From Rhodocyclaceae bacterium (GTDB taxonomy: Bacteria > Pseudomonadota > Gammaproteobacteria > Burkholderiales > Rhodocyclaceae), in assembly GCA_046294935.1 (NCBI GenBank), contig JBKBOI010000001.1:4633-68632 (forward strand): a stretch of DNA of 64,000 nt, given 5' to 3'. A program made the position numbers and the translations under genes. Under the pieces are notes generated by a model. The model was not told where the DNA came from. It searched no databases and saw nothing but the letters and a program-made list of their open reading frames with translations. Shown here piece by piece: positions 43,950 to 55,223 of this stretch. Within the stretch, counting starts at the first letter, position 1, and the number at the start of each line of letters is the position of its first letter.

Positions 43950-46178
43950 ATGCGTTTCCATTTTCCGGTCATCATCATCGACGAGGACTTCCGTTCCGAG
44001 AACGCTTCGGGGCTGGGCATCCGCGTGCTCGCGGAAGCGATCGAGAAAGAGGGGCTCGACGTGCTCGGCGTCACCAGTTACGGTGATCTGGCCTCCTTCG
44101 CCCAGCAGCAAAGCCGCGCCTCGGCCTTCATCCTCTCGATCGACGACGAGGAGCTGGCCAACGATGCGGACAAAACCATTGCCGGGCTGCGCGCCTTCGT
44201 CTCCGAGATCCGCTTCCGCAATGCCGACATTCCGATCTTCCTCTATGGCGAGACGCGCACCTCGCGGCACATTCCAAACGACGTGCTGCGCGAGCTGCAC
44301 GGCTTCATCCACATGTACGAGGACACGCCCGAGTTCATCGCCCGCTATGTGGTGCGCGAGGCCAAGGCCTACCTCGATGCCCTGCCGCCACCGTTCTTCC
44401 GCGCGCTGACCCATTACGCGGCCGACGGCTCCTATTCCTGGCATTGCCCGGGCCACTCGGGCGGCGTCGCCTTCCTGAAATCTCCGGTCGGCCAGATGTT
44501 TCACCAGTTCTTCGGCGAGAACATGCTGCGCGCCGACGTCTGCAATGCGGTGGAGGAGCTCGGCCAGCTGCTCGACCACACCGGCCCGGTGGCGGCCGCG
44601 GAACGCAACGCTGCACGCATCTTCAATGCCGACCATCTCTACTTCGTCACCAACGGCACCTCGACCTCGAACAAGATCGTCTGGCATTCGACCGTCGCGC
44701 CCGGCGACGTCGTGATCGTCGACCGCAACTGCCATAAGTCGGTCCTCCATGCGATCATCATGACCGGAGCGATCCCGGTGTTCCTGATGCCGACGCGCAA
44801 CAACTACGGCATCATCGGGCCGATCCCGAAGAGCGAGTTCGAATGGCACAACATCCAGAAGAAGATCGCTGCCCATCCCTTTGCCGCGCAAGTGCAAGGC
44901 AAACCGCGGGTGCTGACCATCACCCAGAGCACCTATGACGGCATCCTTTACAACGTCGAGGAAATCAAGGAAATGCTCGACGGCAAGATCGACACGCTGC
45001 ACTTCGACGAAGCCTGGCTACCACATGCCGCGTTCCACGAGTTCTATGGCGACTATCACGCGATTGGCGCCAACCGGCCGCGTTGCAAGGAGTCGATGGT
45101 GTTCTCGACACAATCGACGCACAAGCTGCTCGCCGGTTTGAGCCAGGCTTCGCAGATCCTGGTGCAGGATGCCGAAAACCACAAGCTCGACCGGGATATC
45201 TTCAACGAAGCCTATCTGATGCACACCTCGACTTCGCCGCAATACGCGATCATCGCCTCTTGCGACGTCGCCGCGGCGATGATGGAAGCGCCCGGGGGCA
45301 CGGCGCTGGTCGAGGAATCGATCAAGGAAGCGCTCGATTTCCGCCGCGCGATGCGTAAAGTGGACAAGGAATTCGGTGCCGACTGGTGGTTCCAGGTGTG
45401 GGGCCCGAATGACCTTTCCGAGGAAGGCATCGAGGAACGCGAAGCCTGGATGCTCAAACCCGGCGAGCGTTGGCATGGCTTCGGCGAACTGGCCAAGGGC
45501 TTCAACCTGCTCGACCCGATCAAGGCCACGGTCATCACGCCGGGGCTGGATGTCGATGGTGACTTCGCCGATTGGGGCATCCCCGCGGCGATCGTCACCA
45601 AATACCTCGCCGAGCACGGCGTGATCGTCGAGAAATGCGGTCTTTACTCGTTCTTCATCATGTTCACGATCGGCATCACCAAGGGTCGCTGGAACACGAT
45701 GGTGACCGAGCTGCAGCAGTTCAAGGACGACTACGACAAGAACCAGCCGCTGTGGAAGGTGCTGCCAGAGTTCGTCGCCAAATACCCACGCTACGAGCGC
45801 ATCGGTCTCAAGGAGCTGTGCGCGCGGATCCACGGCGTGTATAAGGCCAACGACGTCGCACGGTTGACCACTGAAATGTACACCTCCGACATGGTGCCGG
45901 CGATGCGGCCGGCCGATGCCTTCGCGAAGATGGCGCACCGCGAGATCGAGCGCGTGCCGATCGACGCGCTCGAAGGGCGCATCACTGCCGTGCTGCTCAC
46001 GCCCTATCCGCCGGGCATTCCGCTGTTGATCCCGGGCGAGCGCTTCAACGCGACGATCGTGCGCTATCTCAAGTTCGCACGCGAGTTCAATGCCAGCTTC
46101 CCCGGCTTCGAGACCGACATCCACGGCCTCGTCAAAGAGAATGGCAATGGCTACTATGTCGATTGCGTCAGGGGCTGA
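43950..46178 (+). CDS. Arginine/lysine/ornithine decarboxylase (PLP-dependent)
   Basis: Receiver-like wing domain, CPGHSGG, DRNCHKS, QSTHKLL PLP lysine, PYPPGIP motifs. Confidence 0.93.
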   Translation: MRFHFPVIIIDEDFRSENASGLGIRVLAEAIEKEGLDVLGVTSYGDLASFAQQQSRASAFILSIDDEELANDADKTIAGLRAFVSEIRFRNADIPIFLYGETRTSRHIPNDVLRELHGFIHMYEDTPEFIARYVVREAKAYLDALPPPFFRALTHYAADGSYSWHCPGHSGGVAFLKSPVGQMFHQFFGENMLRADVCNAVEELGQLLDHTGPVAAAERNAARIFNADHLYFVTNGTSTSNKIVWHSTVAPGDVVIVDRNCHKSVLHAIIMTGAIPVFLMPTRNNYGIIGPIPKSEFEWHNIQKKIAAHPFAAQVQGKPRVLTITQSTYDGILYNVEEIKEMLDGKIDTLHFDEAWLPHAAFHEFYGDYHAIGANRPRCKESMVFSTQSTHKLLAGLSQASQILVQDAENHKLDRDIFNEAYLMHTSTSPQYAIIASCDVAAAMMEAPGGTALVEESIKEALDFRRAMRKVDKEFGADWWFQVWGPNDLSEEGIEEREAWMLKPGERWHGFGELAKGFNLLDPIKATVITPGLDVDGDFADWGIPAAIVTKYLAEHGVIVEKCGLYSFFIMFTIGITKGRWNTMVTELQQFKDDYDKNQPLWKVLPEFVAKYPRYERIGLKELCARIHGVYKANDVARLTTEMYTSDMVPAMRPADAFAKMAHREIERVPIDALEGRITAVLLTPYPPGIPLLIPGERFNATIVRYLKFAREFNASFPGFETDIHGLVKENGNGYYVDCVRG

Positions 46179-46184
46179 GGGCGG

Positions 46185-46682
46185 TCATGCCGCCCTATTT
46201 GCTCGCTCATAGGTGACGAAAGCGTAACGCAAGCCACCGGTGGCGACGCCAGGCTCGCGCCTTACTTCTCGCCATTGCCTGCGGTCGATGTCCGGAAAAA
46301 ACGCATCGCCATCGAAAGCGGCGTCGATCTCGGTGATCTCGAGGCGGTCCGCCCACGGCAGCATCTGACGATAAAGCTCCGCGCCGCCGATGACGAACAG
46401 TGCCGTCTCGCCAGCGCCGATTTTTCGCACTTCTTCCAGAGAATGCAGCACGGTGGCCCCTGGCGCGACATGATGCGGATCGCGCGTCACGACATAGTTC
46501 TGCCGCTGCGGTAGCGGCCGAAACTTCGCCGGCAGCGATTCCCAGGTCTTCCGACCCATGACGACAGCATGACCCGTGGTGAGCGCCTTGAAATGCTTCA
46601 AGTCTTCCGACAGGCGCCAGGGCAATGTGTCGTTTTTGCCGATCACGCCGTTTCTCGCCACGGCGGCGACGATGACGATCAT
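46185..46682 (-). CDS. folA: Dihydrofolate reductase
   Basis: NGVIG..LPW, DLKHFK, MGRKTWES, VIGGAELY, GDAFFP motifs. Confidence 0.95.
   Translation of the reverse strand: MIVIVAAVARNGVIGKNDTLPWRLSEDLKHFKALTTGHAVVMGRKTWESLPAKFRPLPQRQNYVVTRDPHHVAPGATVLHSLEEVRKIGAGETALFVIGGAELYRQMLPWADRLEITEIDAAFDGDAFFPDIDRRQWREVRREPGVATGGLRYAFVTYERANRAA
46400..46425 (+). repeat. 26-bp dispersed motif copy, intragenic in folA (KIGAGETA on the - strand)
   Basis: GTGCCGTCTCGCCAGCGCCGATTTTT. Confidence 0.85.
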
Positions 46683-48130
46683 GCCGACCGCAGGAGGCGA
46701 TAGAGTTCGAGATAGCGCTGCGCCGACCTCGTCCAGCCGTAATCGCCCGCCATGCCGTTGTTCTGCAACGCACGCCAGATAGGCTTGTCCTGCCAGCAGG
46801 CGGCGGCGCGGCGCACCGTCTCGATCAGCGCCTCGGGCGTCGCCGGCCCGCAGACGAAACCGTTCGCGCTGCCAGCGGCGAGCGTGTCGGGCGTGCAATC
46901 GACGACGGTATCGGCCAAGCCGCCAGTGGCGCGCACCACGGGCGGCGTGCCATAGGCGAGGCTGTACATCTGGTTCAGCCCGCAGGGTTCGAAGCGCGAA
47001 GGCATCAGGAAAGCATCCGCCCCTGCTTCGATGCGATGCGCCAGCCCTTCGTCGAAACCAATGCGCACCGCCACCTGGCCGGGATGACGAGCGGCGAGGG
47101 CGACGAGGGCATCCTCCAGCACCTTTTCGCCGCTACCCAGCACGGCGAGCTGCACCGGCAGGGCGACGAGAGCGTCCGCGATCGCGGCCACCAGATCGAG
47201 GCCCTTTTGATATGTCAGGCGGCTGACCACCCCGAACAAAGGACGATCGTCGCACTCGACGAGCCCGAGCTCTCGTTGCAAAGCATGCTTGCACAGTGCC
47301 TTGCCGGCGAGATGCTCGCGGTCGTAATGCGCTGGCAGGTGCGCATCGGTCGCCGGATTCCAGATCTCGGTATCGATGCCATTGAGGATGCCCGTCAGCC
47401 GGTCGGCGCGGCTGCGCAGGAGGCCAGCGAGTCCCATGCCCCCCGCCTCGGTCTGGATCTCGCGCGCATAGGTCGGGCTCACCGAGGTGATCCAGTCGGC
47501 ATGGCGCAGGCCGGCCTTGAGGAAGGAGAGCTGGCCGTAATATTCGACGCCGTCGATGTGCCAGTCCCTGCCGGTCAGCCCCAGATCGTCGAGCAACTGA
47601 GGGGCGAACACGCCCTGGAAGGCGAGGTTGTGGATCGTCATCACCGAGGCGGCACCGCCCGGCTCGTAAAAGCGCAGATAGTAGGGGCCCAAGGCCGTCT
47701 GCCAGTCGTTGCAGTGGAGGATGTCGGGACGCCAATCGAGCAATGAAGCATTGCCGGCCAGATGGGCGGCGACGCGCGAGAGCAGCCCGAAGCGCAGGTG
47801 ATTGTCGAGCCAGTCGCGGCCTTCGGGCCCCAGATAGGGATTGCCCGGACGATCGAACAGCATCGGACAATCGAGCAGGAGCAACGCCGGCCCCTGCGCT
47901 GGCTGGGCAAGAAACAGCCTGGCTTCCGGCAACTGGCCGCCCAACGCCGGCAAAAGGGCAAGAAAGCCAGCATCAGGAAATGCCTCGCGTAAAGCGCGAT
48001 AGCGCGGCACCAGCACGCGCACTTCGCAGCCCATACGCTCCAGGGCAGGTGGCAAGGCCGCCGCGACATCACCCAGGCCGCCGGTCTTGACCCAAGGCGC
48101 GATCTCGGACGTGGCGAAGAGGACTTTCAT
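46679..48130 (-). CDS. glgA: Glycogen synthase
   Basis: KTGGLGDV, HCNDWQT, PSRFEPCGL motifs. Confidence 0.96.
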   Translation of the reverse strand: MKVLFATSEIAPWVKTGGLGDVAAALPPALERMGCEVRVLVPRYRALREAFPDAGFLALLPALGGQLPEARLFLAQPAQGPALLLLDCPMLFDRPGNPYLGPEGRDWLDNHLRFGLLSRVAAHLAGNASLLDWRPDILHCNDWQTALGPYYLRFYEPGGAASVMTIHNLAFQGVFAPQLLDDLGLTGRDWHIDGVEYYGQLSFLKAGLRHADWITSVSPTYAREIQTEAGGMGLAGLLRSRADRLTGILNGIDTEIWNPATDAHLPAHYDREHLAGKALCKHALQRELGLVECDDRPLFGVVSRLTYQKGLDLVAAIADALVALPVQLAVLGSGEKVLEDALVALAARHPGQVAVRIGFDEGLAHRIEAGADAFLMPSRFEPCGLNQMYSLAYGTPPVVRATGGLADTVVDCTPDTLAAGSANGFVCGPATPEALIETVRRAAACWQDKPIWRALQNNGMAGDYGWTRSAQRYLELYRLLRSA

Positions 48131-49758
48131 GGCCGGCACGCAGCGATCAATCCGGCGGTGGAGCTGTCGACGCCTTCGAGCGGGGCCTTACCCTCGATCA
48201 TCGGCAACAGGGAATTGGCGATCTGCTTGCCGTATTCGACGCCCCACTGGTCGAAGGCGTCGAGATGCCAGAGCACGCCCAGCGTGAAGACCTTGTGCTC
48301 GTACATCGCGATCAGCGCGCCCAGCGTGAAGGGATCGAGGCGCGGCAAGAGCAGTGTGGTCGAAGGCTGATTGCCGGGAAATATCTTGTACGGTGCCAAA
48401 AACTCAGGGACGGGGAAACCGGCGGCTTCCAATTCGGCGCGCGCCTCGGCTTCGGTCTTGCCCTTCATCAGCGCCGCGCTCTGCGCGAAGCAGTTGGCGA
48501 GCAGCTTTTCGTGATGGCCGGGCAGCGGAAAGTCGGGCGTGCGGCAGGCGATGAACTCGCAGGAAAGGGCCCGCCCGCCCTGATGCAGCAACTGGTAGAA
48601 CGCATGCTGACCGTTGGTGCCGGGCTCGCCCCAAACGATCGGCAGCGTCGGACAGCCGACCGGCTTGCCGTCGCGATCGATCTGCTTGCCGAGGCTTTCC
48701 ATCTCGAGCTGCTGCAAGTAGCGCGGCAACAAGGCCAGCGACTGGCTGTAGGGCAACAGGGCGCGCGTCTGCAAGCCGATGAAATCGGCATTCCACAACT
48801 CGATCAGCGCCAGCAGCGCCGGCAGGTTCTCGAGCGGTGGCGCGGTGAAGAAGTGTTCGTCCATCGCCCGTGCGCCGGCAAGCAGTTGCTCGAACTTGGG
48901 AAAACCGATTGCGAGCGCCAAGGGCAGGCCGATCGCTGACCAGAGCGAGAAACGTCCGCCGACCCAATCCCAGAAGGCAAACGTATTTTCCGGATCGATG
49001 CCGAAAGCGGCGACCTTGTCGAGCGCGGTCGACACGGCGACGAAATGGCGCTCCACCGCGGCGCCGCCCAGTGCGCCGGTCAGCCAGTGGCGTGCGGAGG
49101 TGGCGTTTTGCATCGTCTCCTGCGTCGTGAATGTCTTGCTGGCGACGATGAACAGCGTGGTGCGTGGATCGAGACCGGCGAGCGTCGTCGCCAGATCGGC
49201 GCCATCGAGGTTGGCGACGTAATGGACGGAGAGATGTGGTAGACGGAACGCTGCGAGCGCGTGGGTCGCCATGCGCGGGCCGAGATCGGAACCGCCGATG
49301 CCGATGTTGACGATGTCGGTGATCGGCTCGCCGGTCGCGCCGCGCCATTTGCCGGCATGGATGGCTTCGCAAAAGCCGCGCATCTTGTCGAGCACGGCCC
49401 TTACCTCGGGCATCACATCCTGGCCGGCGACATGGATCGGCTGGGCATCGGGGCCGAGGTTGCGCAACGCGATGTGGAGCACTGCACGGTGTTCGGTGTG
49501 GTTGATCGGCTCACCGGCGCGCATCCTGGCGATCCAGCCCGGCACATCGGCGGCCGTCCACAGCTCGGCCAGCAGTGGCAGTGTCTCGGGCGTGATGCGT
49601 TGCTTCGACAAATCGAGCAACCAGTCTCGCCAGCGCACCGACAGACGCGCAAAGCGCGCTGGATCATGGGCGAACATCTCGCGCAGATGCACGTCACGTA
49701 GCCCATGGGCATGACGCTCGAGGTGCTTCCAGACGGGAGTGTTGAGTAGCGGGGTCAT
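48127..49758 (-). CDS. pgi: Glucose-6-phosphate isomerase
   Basis: IGIGGSDLGP, SKTFTTQET, VGGRFSLWS, FDQWGVEYGK motifs. Confidence 0.97.
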   Translation of the reverse strand: MTPLLNTPVWKHLERHAHGLRDVHLREMFAHDPARFARLSVRWRDWLLDLSKQRITPETLPLLAELWTAADVPGWIARMRAGEPINHTEHRAVLHIALRNLGPDAQPIHVAGQDVMPEVRAVLDKMRGFCEAIHAGKWRGATGEPITDIVNIGIGGSDLGPRMATHALAAFRLPHLSVHYVANLDGADLATTLAGLDPRTTLFIVASKTFTTQETMQNATSARHWLTGALGGAAVERHFVAVSTALDKVAAFGIDPENTFAFWDWVGGRFSLWSAIGLPLALAIGFPKFEQLLAGARAMDEHFFTAPPLENLPALLALIELWNADFIGLQTRALLPYSQSLALLPRYLQQLEMESLGKQIDRDGKPVGCPTLPIVWGEPGTNGQHAFYQLLHQGGRALSCEFIACRTPDFPLPGHHEKLLANCFAQSAALMKGKTEAEARAELEAAGFPVPEFLAPYKIFPGNQPSTTLLLPRLDPFTLGALIAMYEHKVFTLGVLWHLDAFDQWGVEYGKQIANSLLPMIEGKAPLEGVDSSTAGLIAACRP

Positions 49759-52316
49759 AGCCAGAGCATCATGCCCATCTCGAAAGGATGGGTCAGCAGA
49801 TCGTGATGGGGATAGACGCGCAGCCGATAATCGAGCTTGCCGCAGACATCGGGCGTGAAATCGAGCGCGAAAAGGCTCTCGCCCGGCTCGCCCGGCCCGC
49901 GATATTCGAGGCGCAGCTTACGCGGCGGTCGGGTGCGGATGTCCGCGCCCGGGCGTGTCAGCAACAATTCGACCGCCACGTCTTCCGGCGCCAGGCCATC
50001 CAGATGCACGGCCAGCTCGAAGCGCAGACTGGCGCCGTAGGAAATCCGTTTCACCGGTGTGTCGACACGCCGTAGCCGCACCTTCGGCCAGGCGTGGCGC
50101 ACCTTCTGCTTCCAGGCCGCCAGGGTGCGCGCGGCAGCATGATCGTCGGCGCTCTTCCTGCGCCATTGTTGATCGGCGGGCGCATAGAACTTGTGCAGAT
50201 ACTCGCCGACCATGCGTTGTGAATTGAACCGCGGCGTGATCGTCGCGATCGAGCGCTTGGCCATCGCCACCCAACCAGGGGAATAGCCCATCGCGCCACG
50301 CGCGTAATACAGCGGAATCACCTTGTCTTGCAGGGTTTCATAGAGCGAACGGACTTCTTCCTGGTCGCGTCGTTCCTCGTCGAGGTGGCTGGCGGCCGGC
50401 TTGATCGCCCAGCCGTTGGCGCCATTGTCATCCTGATGGAATCCTTCGCCCCACCAGCCATCGAGCACCGAAAGGTTGATGACGCCGTTCATTGCCGCCT
50501 TCATGCCGGAGGTGCCGGAGGCTTCGAGCGGATAGATCGGATTGTTGAGCCAGACATCGACGCCCGAGACGAGCCGGCGTGCCAGACGCAGGTCATACCC
50601 TTCGACGAGCAGGATATGGCCTTCGAAATCGGGCATTTGCGACACTTCATGCACGCGCTTGAGCAACGCCTGACCGGGCAGGTCGGCCGGATGCGCCTTG
50701 CCGGCGAAGACGAACAGCACGGGTCGCTCGGGATTGCAGATCAGACGCCGTAGCAAGTCGAGGTCACGGAACAGCAGTGTCGCGCGCTTGTAGGTGGCGA
50801 AGCGCCGCGCGAAACCGATCGTCAAGACGTTGGGATTTTCCGGATCGGTCAGCCGCAGGATGCGATCGATATGCGCCTGCGAGCACTGGTTGCGCGTGTA
50901 TTGCTCGGTGATGCGGTGGCGCACCAGGTAGAGCATCTCGGCCTTGATCGACTGGCGGATGCTCCAAAAGGTATGGTCGGGAATCGCATGCACCCGCGCC
51001 CAGGTGGCCGCATCGGTGAGCTGCTGACGCCAGGCCGGCCCCAGCACGCGATCGAAGGTATCGTGCCAATGATCGGACAGGAAGGTGGGCACATGCACGC
51101 CATTGGTGACATGGTCCATCGGGTTCTCGTCCGGCTCGATCTGTGGCCACAGCTTGCGGCAGATTTCGGCGGATACGCCTCCATGGATGCGCGAGACGCC
51201 GTTTTGGAAGCGCGAACCGCGGATCGCCAGCGCCGTCATGTTGAAATCCGGCGTGTCGTCGATGCGTCCCAATGCCAGCAGGCTGCCGGTATCGCATCCC
51301 ATGTCGTGGCAGCATTCCTCGAAATACTTGCGGATCATCTCGTCGGCGAAATGATCATGGCCCGCCGGCACCGGCGTATGGGTGGTAAACACCGTGTTGC
51401 AGGCGACGGCTTCGAGCGCGGCGTCGAAATCGAGACCACCGCGGATCAGCTCGCGCATGCGTTCGAGGACCAGAAAGGCGGCGTGGCCTTCGTTGATGTG
51501 CCAGACGGTCGGCTTCAAGCCCAACGCCGCGAGCGCGCGCACGCCTCCCATGCCGAGCACGATTTCCTGCTCGATGCGCGTCGTGCGATCGCCGCCATAG
51601 AGCTGATGGGTGATGTCCCGGTCGTGCGGCGAGTTCTCTTCGAGGTCGGTATCGAGCAAATACAGCGTGACGCGGCCGACGCGTGCCGACCAGACCTTGA
51701 CCTTCACGTCGCGTCCCGGCAGACGCACGGTGATTTTGAGATCACCATCATCGGGCCCGACCACGGGCGCGACGGGCAGGTCATCGAAGTCGGCATCGTT
51801 GTAGAGGGCATGCTGACGCCCCTCGCCATCGATGCTTTGCAAGAAATAGCCTTGGCGATAGAGCAAACCGACGCCGACGAAGGGCAGATTCATGTCGCTG
51901 GCCGTCTTGCAGTGGTCGCCGGCGAGAATGCCCAGGCCGCCCGAATAGATCGGCAGACTCTCGTGAAAGCCGAACTCGGCGCAGAAATAGGCGATCAGCG
52001 CCCCATCGGGCAGCTGCGACCCCTGCTCGGGGCGCAGATTGTCGTGATAGGTGTCGTAAGCGGACAGGACATGGGCGAGCGCGCCGAGAAAGACCGGATC
52101 CTCGGCCGCTTCATCGAGCCGGCGCTGATCGACGCGCTTGAGGAAAGCCTTCGGGCTGTGGCCGACCGCGCCCCAGAGCTTGCTGCCGAGGCGCGCGAAC
52201 AAGGTGCGCGTGGGGCGATCCCAGCTATACCAGAGATTGTTGGCGAGCTCTTCGAGACGCGCGAGGCGCGCCGGGAGTTTTGGATTGATTTCGAGTTGGA
52301 ACAGCGTACCAGCCAT
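49755..52316 (-). CDS. glgP: Alpha-glucan (glycogen) phosphorylase
   Basis: YSGGLGILAGD, NEGHA, RRFATYKR, EASGTSGMKA motifs. Confidence 0.95.
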   Translation of the reverse strand: MAGTLFQLEINPKLPARLARLEELANNLWYSWDRPTRTLFARLGSKLWGAVGHSPKAFLKRVDQRRLDEAAEDPVFLGALAHVLSAYDTYHDNLRPEQGSQLPDGALIAYFCAEFGFHESLPIYSGGLGILAGDHCKTASDMNLPFVGVGLLYRQGYFLQSIDGEGRQHALYNDADFDDLPVAPVVGPDDGDLKITVRLPGRDVKVKVWSARVGRVTLYLLDTDLEENSPHDRDITHQLYGGDRTTRIEQEIVLGMGGVRALAALGLKPTVWHINEGHAAFLVLERMRELIRGGLDFDAALEAVACNTVFTTHTPVPAGHDHFADEMIRKYFEECCHDMGCDTGSLLALGRIDDTPDFNMTALAIRGSRFQNGVSRIHGGVSAEICRKLWPQIEPDENPMDHVTNGVHVPTFLSDHWHDTFDRVLGPAWRQQLTDAATWARVHAIPDHTFWSIRQSIKAEMLYLVRHRITEQYTRNQCSQAHIDRILRLTDPENPNVLTIGFARRFATYKRATLLFRDLDLLRRLICNPERPVLFVFAGKAHPADLPGQALLKRVHEVSQMPDFEGHILLVEGYDLRLARRLVSGVDVWLNNPIYPLEASGTSGMKAAMNGVINLSVLDGWWGEGFHQDDNGANGWAIKPAASHLDEERRDQEEVRSLYETLQDKVIPLYYARGAMGYSPGWVAMAKRSIATITPRFNSQRMVGEYLHKFYAPADQQWRRKSADDHAAARTLAAWKQKVRHAWPKVRLRRVDTPVKRISYGASLRFELAVHLDGLAPEDVAVELLLTRPGADIRTRPPRKLRLEYRGPGEPGESLFALDFTPDVCGKLDYRLRVYPHHDLLTHPFEMGMMLWL

Positions 52317-52407
52317 GTTCTCGTCCGTTTGGTTGGAGTAGTGATTTTACGGCTCTGCCACGGCAGCGCCGCAGCAGGGCAAAGCGGGCATTTGGCGGCG
52401 GAGGGTT

Positions 52408-53712
52408 TCAGCGGATGTAATGAATCTGCTGCCCGAGCATCTCGGGTGTGACCAGACAGATGCCCTTGGGCGTGACGTGGAAGCGCTTGCGGTCCTCTTC
52501 CGCGTCGTAACCGATCACCGTGCCAGGAGGCACCTTGCAGTTCTTGTCGATCACCGCGCGGCGGATCCGGCAATGGCGGCCGATCTCGACGTTCGGCAGG
52601 ATCACCGCGTCCTCGACCTCGGCATAGCTGTGCACGAAGACACGCGAGAACAGCAAGGAGCGCCGCACCACGGCGCCGCTGATGATGTCGCCACCCGAGA
52701 CCAGCGAGTCGATCGCCATGCCGCGTCGTTCGTCTTCGTCGAAGACGAACTTCGCCGGCGGCAACTGTTCCTGGTATGTCCAGATCGGCCAGCCCTCGTC
52801 ATACATGTTGAGCTCGGGGGACACCTTGGTCAGCTCGATGTTGGCTTCCCAATAGGCGTCCACGGTGCCGACGTCGCGCCAGTAGGGCACGCCGTTTTCC
52901 GGAATGCCGACACAGCTCTCGACGAAGTCGTGGGCAAAGGCCCGGTAACGGCCGATGATGTGCGGGATGACGTTCTTACCGAAATCGTGGTCGGAATGCG
53001 GGTCGTCGGCATCGCGGATCAGCTGCTCGTAGAGGAAGGCCGCATTGAAGACATAGACACCCATATTCACGAGGGCGCGATCCGGCCGGCCGGGGATACA
53101 AGCCGGTGCCTTGGGTTTTTCGACGAAACTGGTGATGCGGCGCTCTTCATTCACGCCCATCACACCGAAGGCGCTCGCCTCCTCGATCGGCACGTCCATG
53201 CAGGCAATCGTCAGATCGGCCTCGGTCTGCGCGTGCTGCGCGAGCATGCGGCCGTAATCCATCTTGTAGATGTGGTCGCCAGAGAGGATCAGCACATACT
53301 TCGGATGATTGCGGCGTAGCAGATCGATGTTCTGGAATACCGCATCGGCCGTACCCTGGTACCAGTCCTCGCTGATCTGCTGCTGGGCGGGCAACAGATC
53401 GATGAACTCGTCGAAGCGGCCATCGAGGAAACTCCAGCCGCGTTGCAGGTGGCGAATCAGGCTCTGCGCCTTGTATTGCGTCGCCACACCGATGCGCCGG
53501 ATGCCGGAATTGACGCAGTTCGACAGCGTGAAATCGATGATGCGGAATTTGCCGCCGAAGGGCACTGCCGGCTTCGAGCGCCAATCGGTCAGCTGCATGA
53601 GCCGGCTGCCCCGGCCGCCGGCGAGGATGATCGCATAGGTCGAACGCGTCAGGTGGCTGACGAAACGACCGTGCGGGGCGTGCGGGTCGTTGAGCGGCAG
53701 ATCGTGTTGCAT
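52408..53712 (-). CDS. glgC: Glucose-1-phosphate adenylyltransferase
   Basis: [40 protein letters not shown] motifs. Confidence 0.97.
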   Translation of the reverse strand: MQHDLPLNDPHAPHGRFVSHLTRSTYAIILAGGRGSRLMQLTDWRSKPAVPFGGKFRIIDFTLSNCVNSGIRRIGVATQYKAQSLIRHLQRGWSFLDGRFDEFIDLLPAQQQISEDWYQGTADAVFQNIDLLRRNHPKYVLILSGDHIYKMDYGRMLAQHAQTEADLTIACMDVPIEEASAFGVMGVNEERRITSFVEKPKAPACIPGRPDRALVNMGVYVFNAAFLYEQLIRDADDPHSDHDFGKNVIPHIIGRYRAFAHDFVESCVGIPENGVPYWRDVGTVDAYWEANIELTKVSPELNMYDEGWPIWTYQEQLPPAKFVFDEDERRGMAIDSLVSGGDIISGAVVRRSLLFSRVFVHSYAEVEDAVILPNVEIGRHCRIRRAVIDKNCKVPPGTVIGYDAEEDRKRFHVTPKGICLVTPEMLGQQIHYIR

Positions 53713-53825
53713 TGTTGACTCCCCTTGTCTTCACCCCGACGAACCCGCCGCTTCTGTCTCATTTTTTTCGCCGCTCTGGCGAACTCCCTCTGGCGGGCGG
53801 GAGCGGTTGCCGGGTGTGTTGCATA

Positions 53826-54221
53826 TTATGGCTTGAGAATCCCCTCGCGAAGCAAACGATCGATTTCGGCCTCCGCCTGCACCCAGTCCTCCAATTCACT
53901 GCCGCCGACGAAACCACGACGCTCCGCGATGTAATAGGCCGCCACCTCGACATACAGGCGGCGCTGCTCGGGTGTCAGCTCCGGGACGGCCGGCTTCTGT
54001 TCCGGCGCAGACGCACCTGTCTGGGATTCCTTTTTTTTCACGGCCGGCGCCTTGGGTGTTGGGGGCGTTTTCGCGCTCGCGGCCTTCTTCGGTGCTGCTG
54101 ACTTCTTCGCCGCCGACGCCTTTACCGCACCTTCAGGCTGCGCAGCAGACTTGGTCTTACTTTTGGCGCTGCCCGCCATCTTCTTCACCGGCTCGTCGGC
54201 TTTTTTCGTAATCGTTGCCAT
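53826..54221 (-). CDS. DUF2934 domain protein with Lys/Ala-rich N-terminus
   Basis: AAYYIAERRGF..GSELEDWVQAEAEI C-terminal motif; RBS (GAGGAG) upstream on the - strand. Confidence 0.8.
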   Translation of the reverse strand: MATITKKADEPVKKMAGSAKSKTKSAAQPEGAVKASAAKKSAAPKKAASAKTPPTPKAPAVKKKESQTGASAPEQKPAVPELTPEQRRLYVEVAAYYIAERRGFVGGSELEDWVQAEAEIDRLLREGILKP

Positions 54222-54299
54222 CGTGGCGTCTCCTCGTTGGTCATCTGTGAGCGGTATCACATATACACCCTGCATGTTACGGGATGTTGTTGACATCGG

Positions 54300-55220
54300 T
54301 CAACGGAATGCGCTGCGCGACAGGGCGATGGCCGCCCCGCGCAACCCGATGTCCGGGTCGGTAACCACCCACACCGGCATTCGGCGTGCCAGCCCGGCAT
54401 GCTCGGCCTTGGCATTGAAGGCGGCGAGAAAGCCACTTTGCGGCAATTCGGACAGCAGATGTGCAGTCACGCCGCCGGCGAGAAACACTCCGCCGCGCGC
54501 GAGCGTCGCCAGCGCCATGTCGCCAGCAAAGGCGCCATAGGCGGAGAAAAACACTTCCAGCGAGCGTCGCGCAGCCGCGTCGTTCTGTCGCGCCCGGGCG
54601 ACGACCTCCGCCGGGTCGAGCGCCTCGCCGGCGAGGATGCGGTGGATGTTCGCCAGCCCCGGCCCGGAAATCACGCTTTCCGCCGTGACGCGGCCGCGCT
54701 CGGTCTGCAGCGCTTGCCAAACCTGCCACTGCAGCGCGTCGGCCGGCGCGAAACCGACATGACCGCCTTCGCTGGGCAGGACGCAGTCGTCCAGCAGGAT
54801 TCCCATGCCCAGCCCGGTGCCCGCGCCGAGCACCAGTCGCACGCCATGCTCGCAAGGCTCGCCCGCCTGCAGCTGGAGCATCTGCGCAGGATCAAGCCGG
54901 CTGACGCCATGAGCGACCGCGGCAAAGTCGTTGATCAACTGCAGGCGGCCGAGATCGAAGCGCGCCTCCAATGCGGCGCAATCGATCGTCCAGGGCAAAT
55001 TGGTGACCTTCGCCGATCGCCCCTGGTCGGCCACTGGTCCGGCCACGGCGAGACAACCGCCCTCGACCGACGCGTCGATGCCGCGCAGATACGCGGCCAG
55101 CAGATCATCGAAACTCGCAAACTCGGCACTGGCCAGACGGCACTGCTGGCGGAACGCGCCGGCCTCATCGACGAGCGCGAGGAGCACCTTGGTGCCGCCG
55201 ATGTCGCCGATCAGTTTCAT
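54300..55220 (-). CDS. glk: Glucokinase
   Basis: GDIGGTK, INDFAA, GAGTGLG, SEGGH motifs. Confidence 0.92.
   Translation of the reverse strand: MKLIGDIGGTKVLLALVDEAGAFRQQCRLASAEFASFDDLLAAYLRGIDASVEGGCLAVAGPVADQGRSAKVTNLPWTIDCAALEARFDLGRLQLINDFAAVAHGVSRLDPAQMLQLQAGEPCEHGVRLVLGAGTGLGMGILLDDCVLPSEGGHVGFAPADALQWQVWQALQTERGRVTAESVISGPGLANIHRILAGEALDPAEVVARARQNDAAARRSLEVFFSAYGAFAGDMALATLARGGVFLAGGVTAHLLSELPQSGFLAAFNAKAEHAGLARRMPVWVVTDPDIGLRGAAIALSRSAFR
55118..55143 (-). repeat. 26-bp dispersed motif copy, intragenic in glk (CRLASAEF)
   Basis: Reverse complement reads GTGCCGTCTGGCCAGTGCCGAGTTTG. Confidence 0.7.
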
Positions 55221-55223
55221 GCC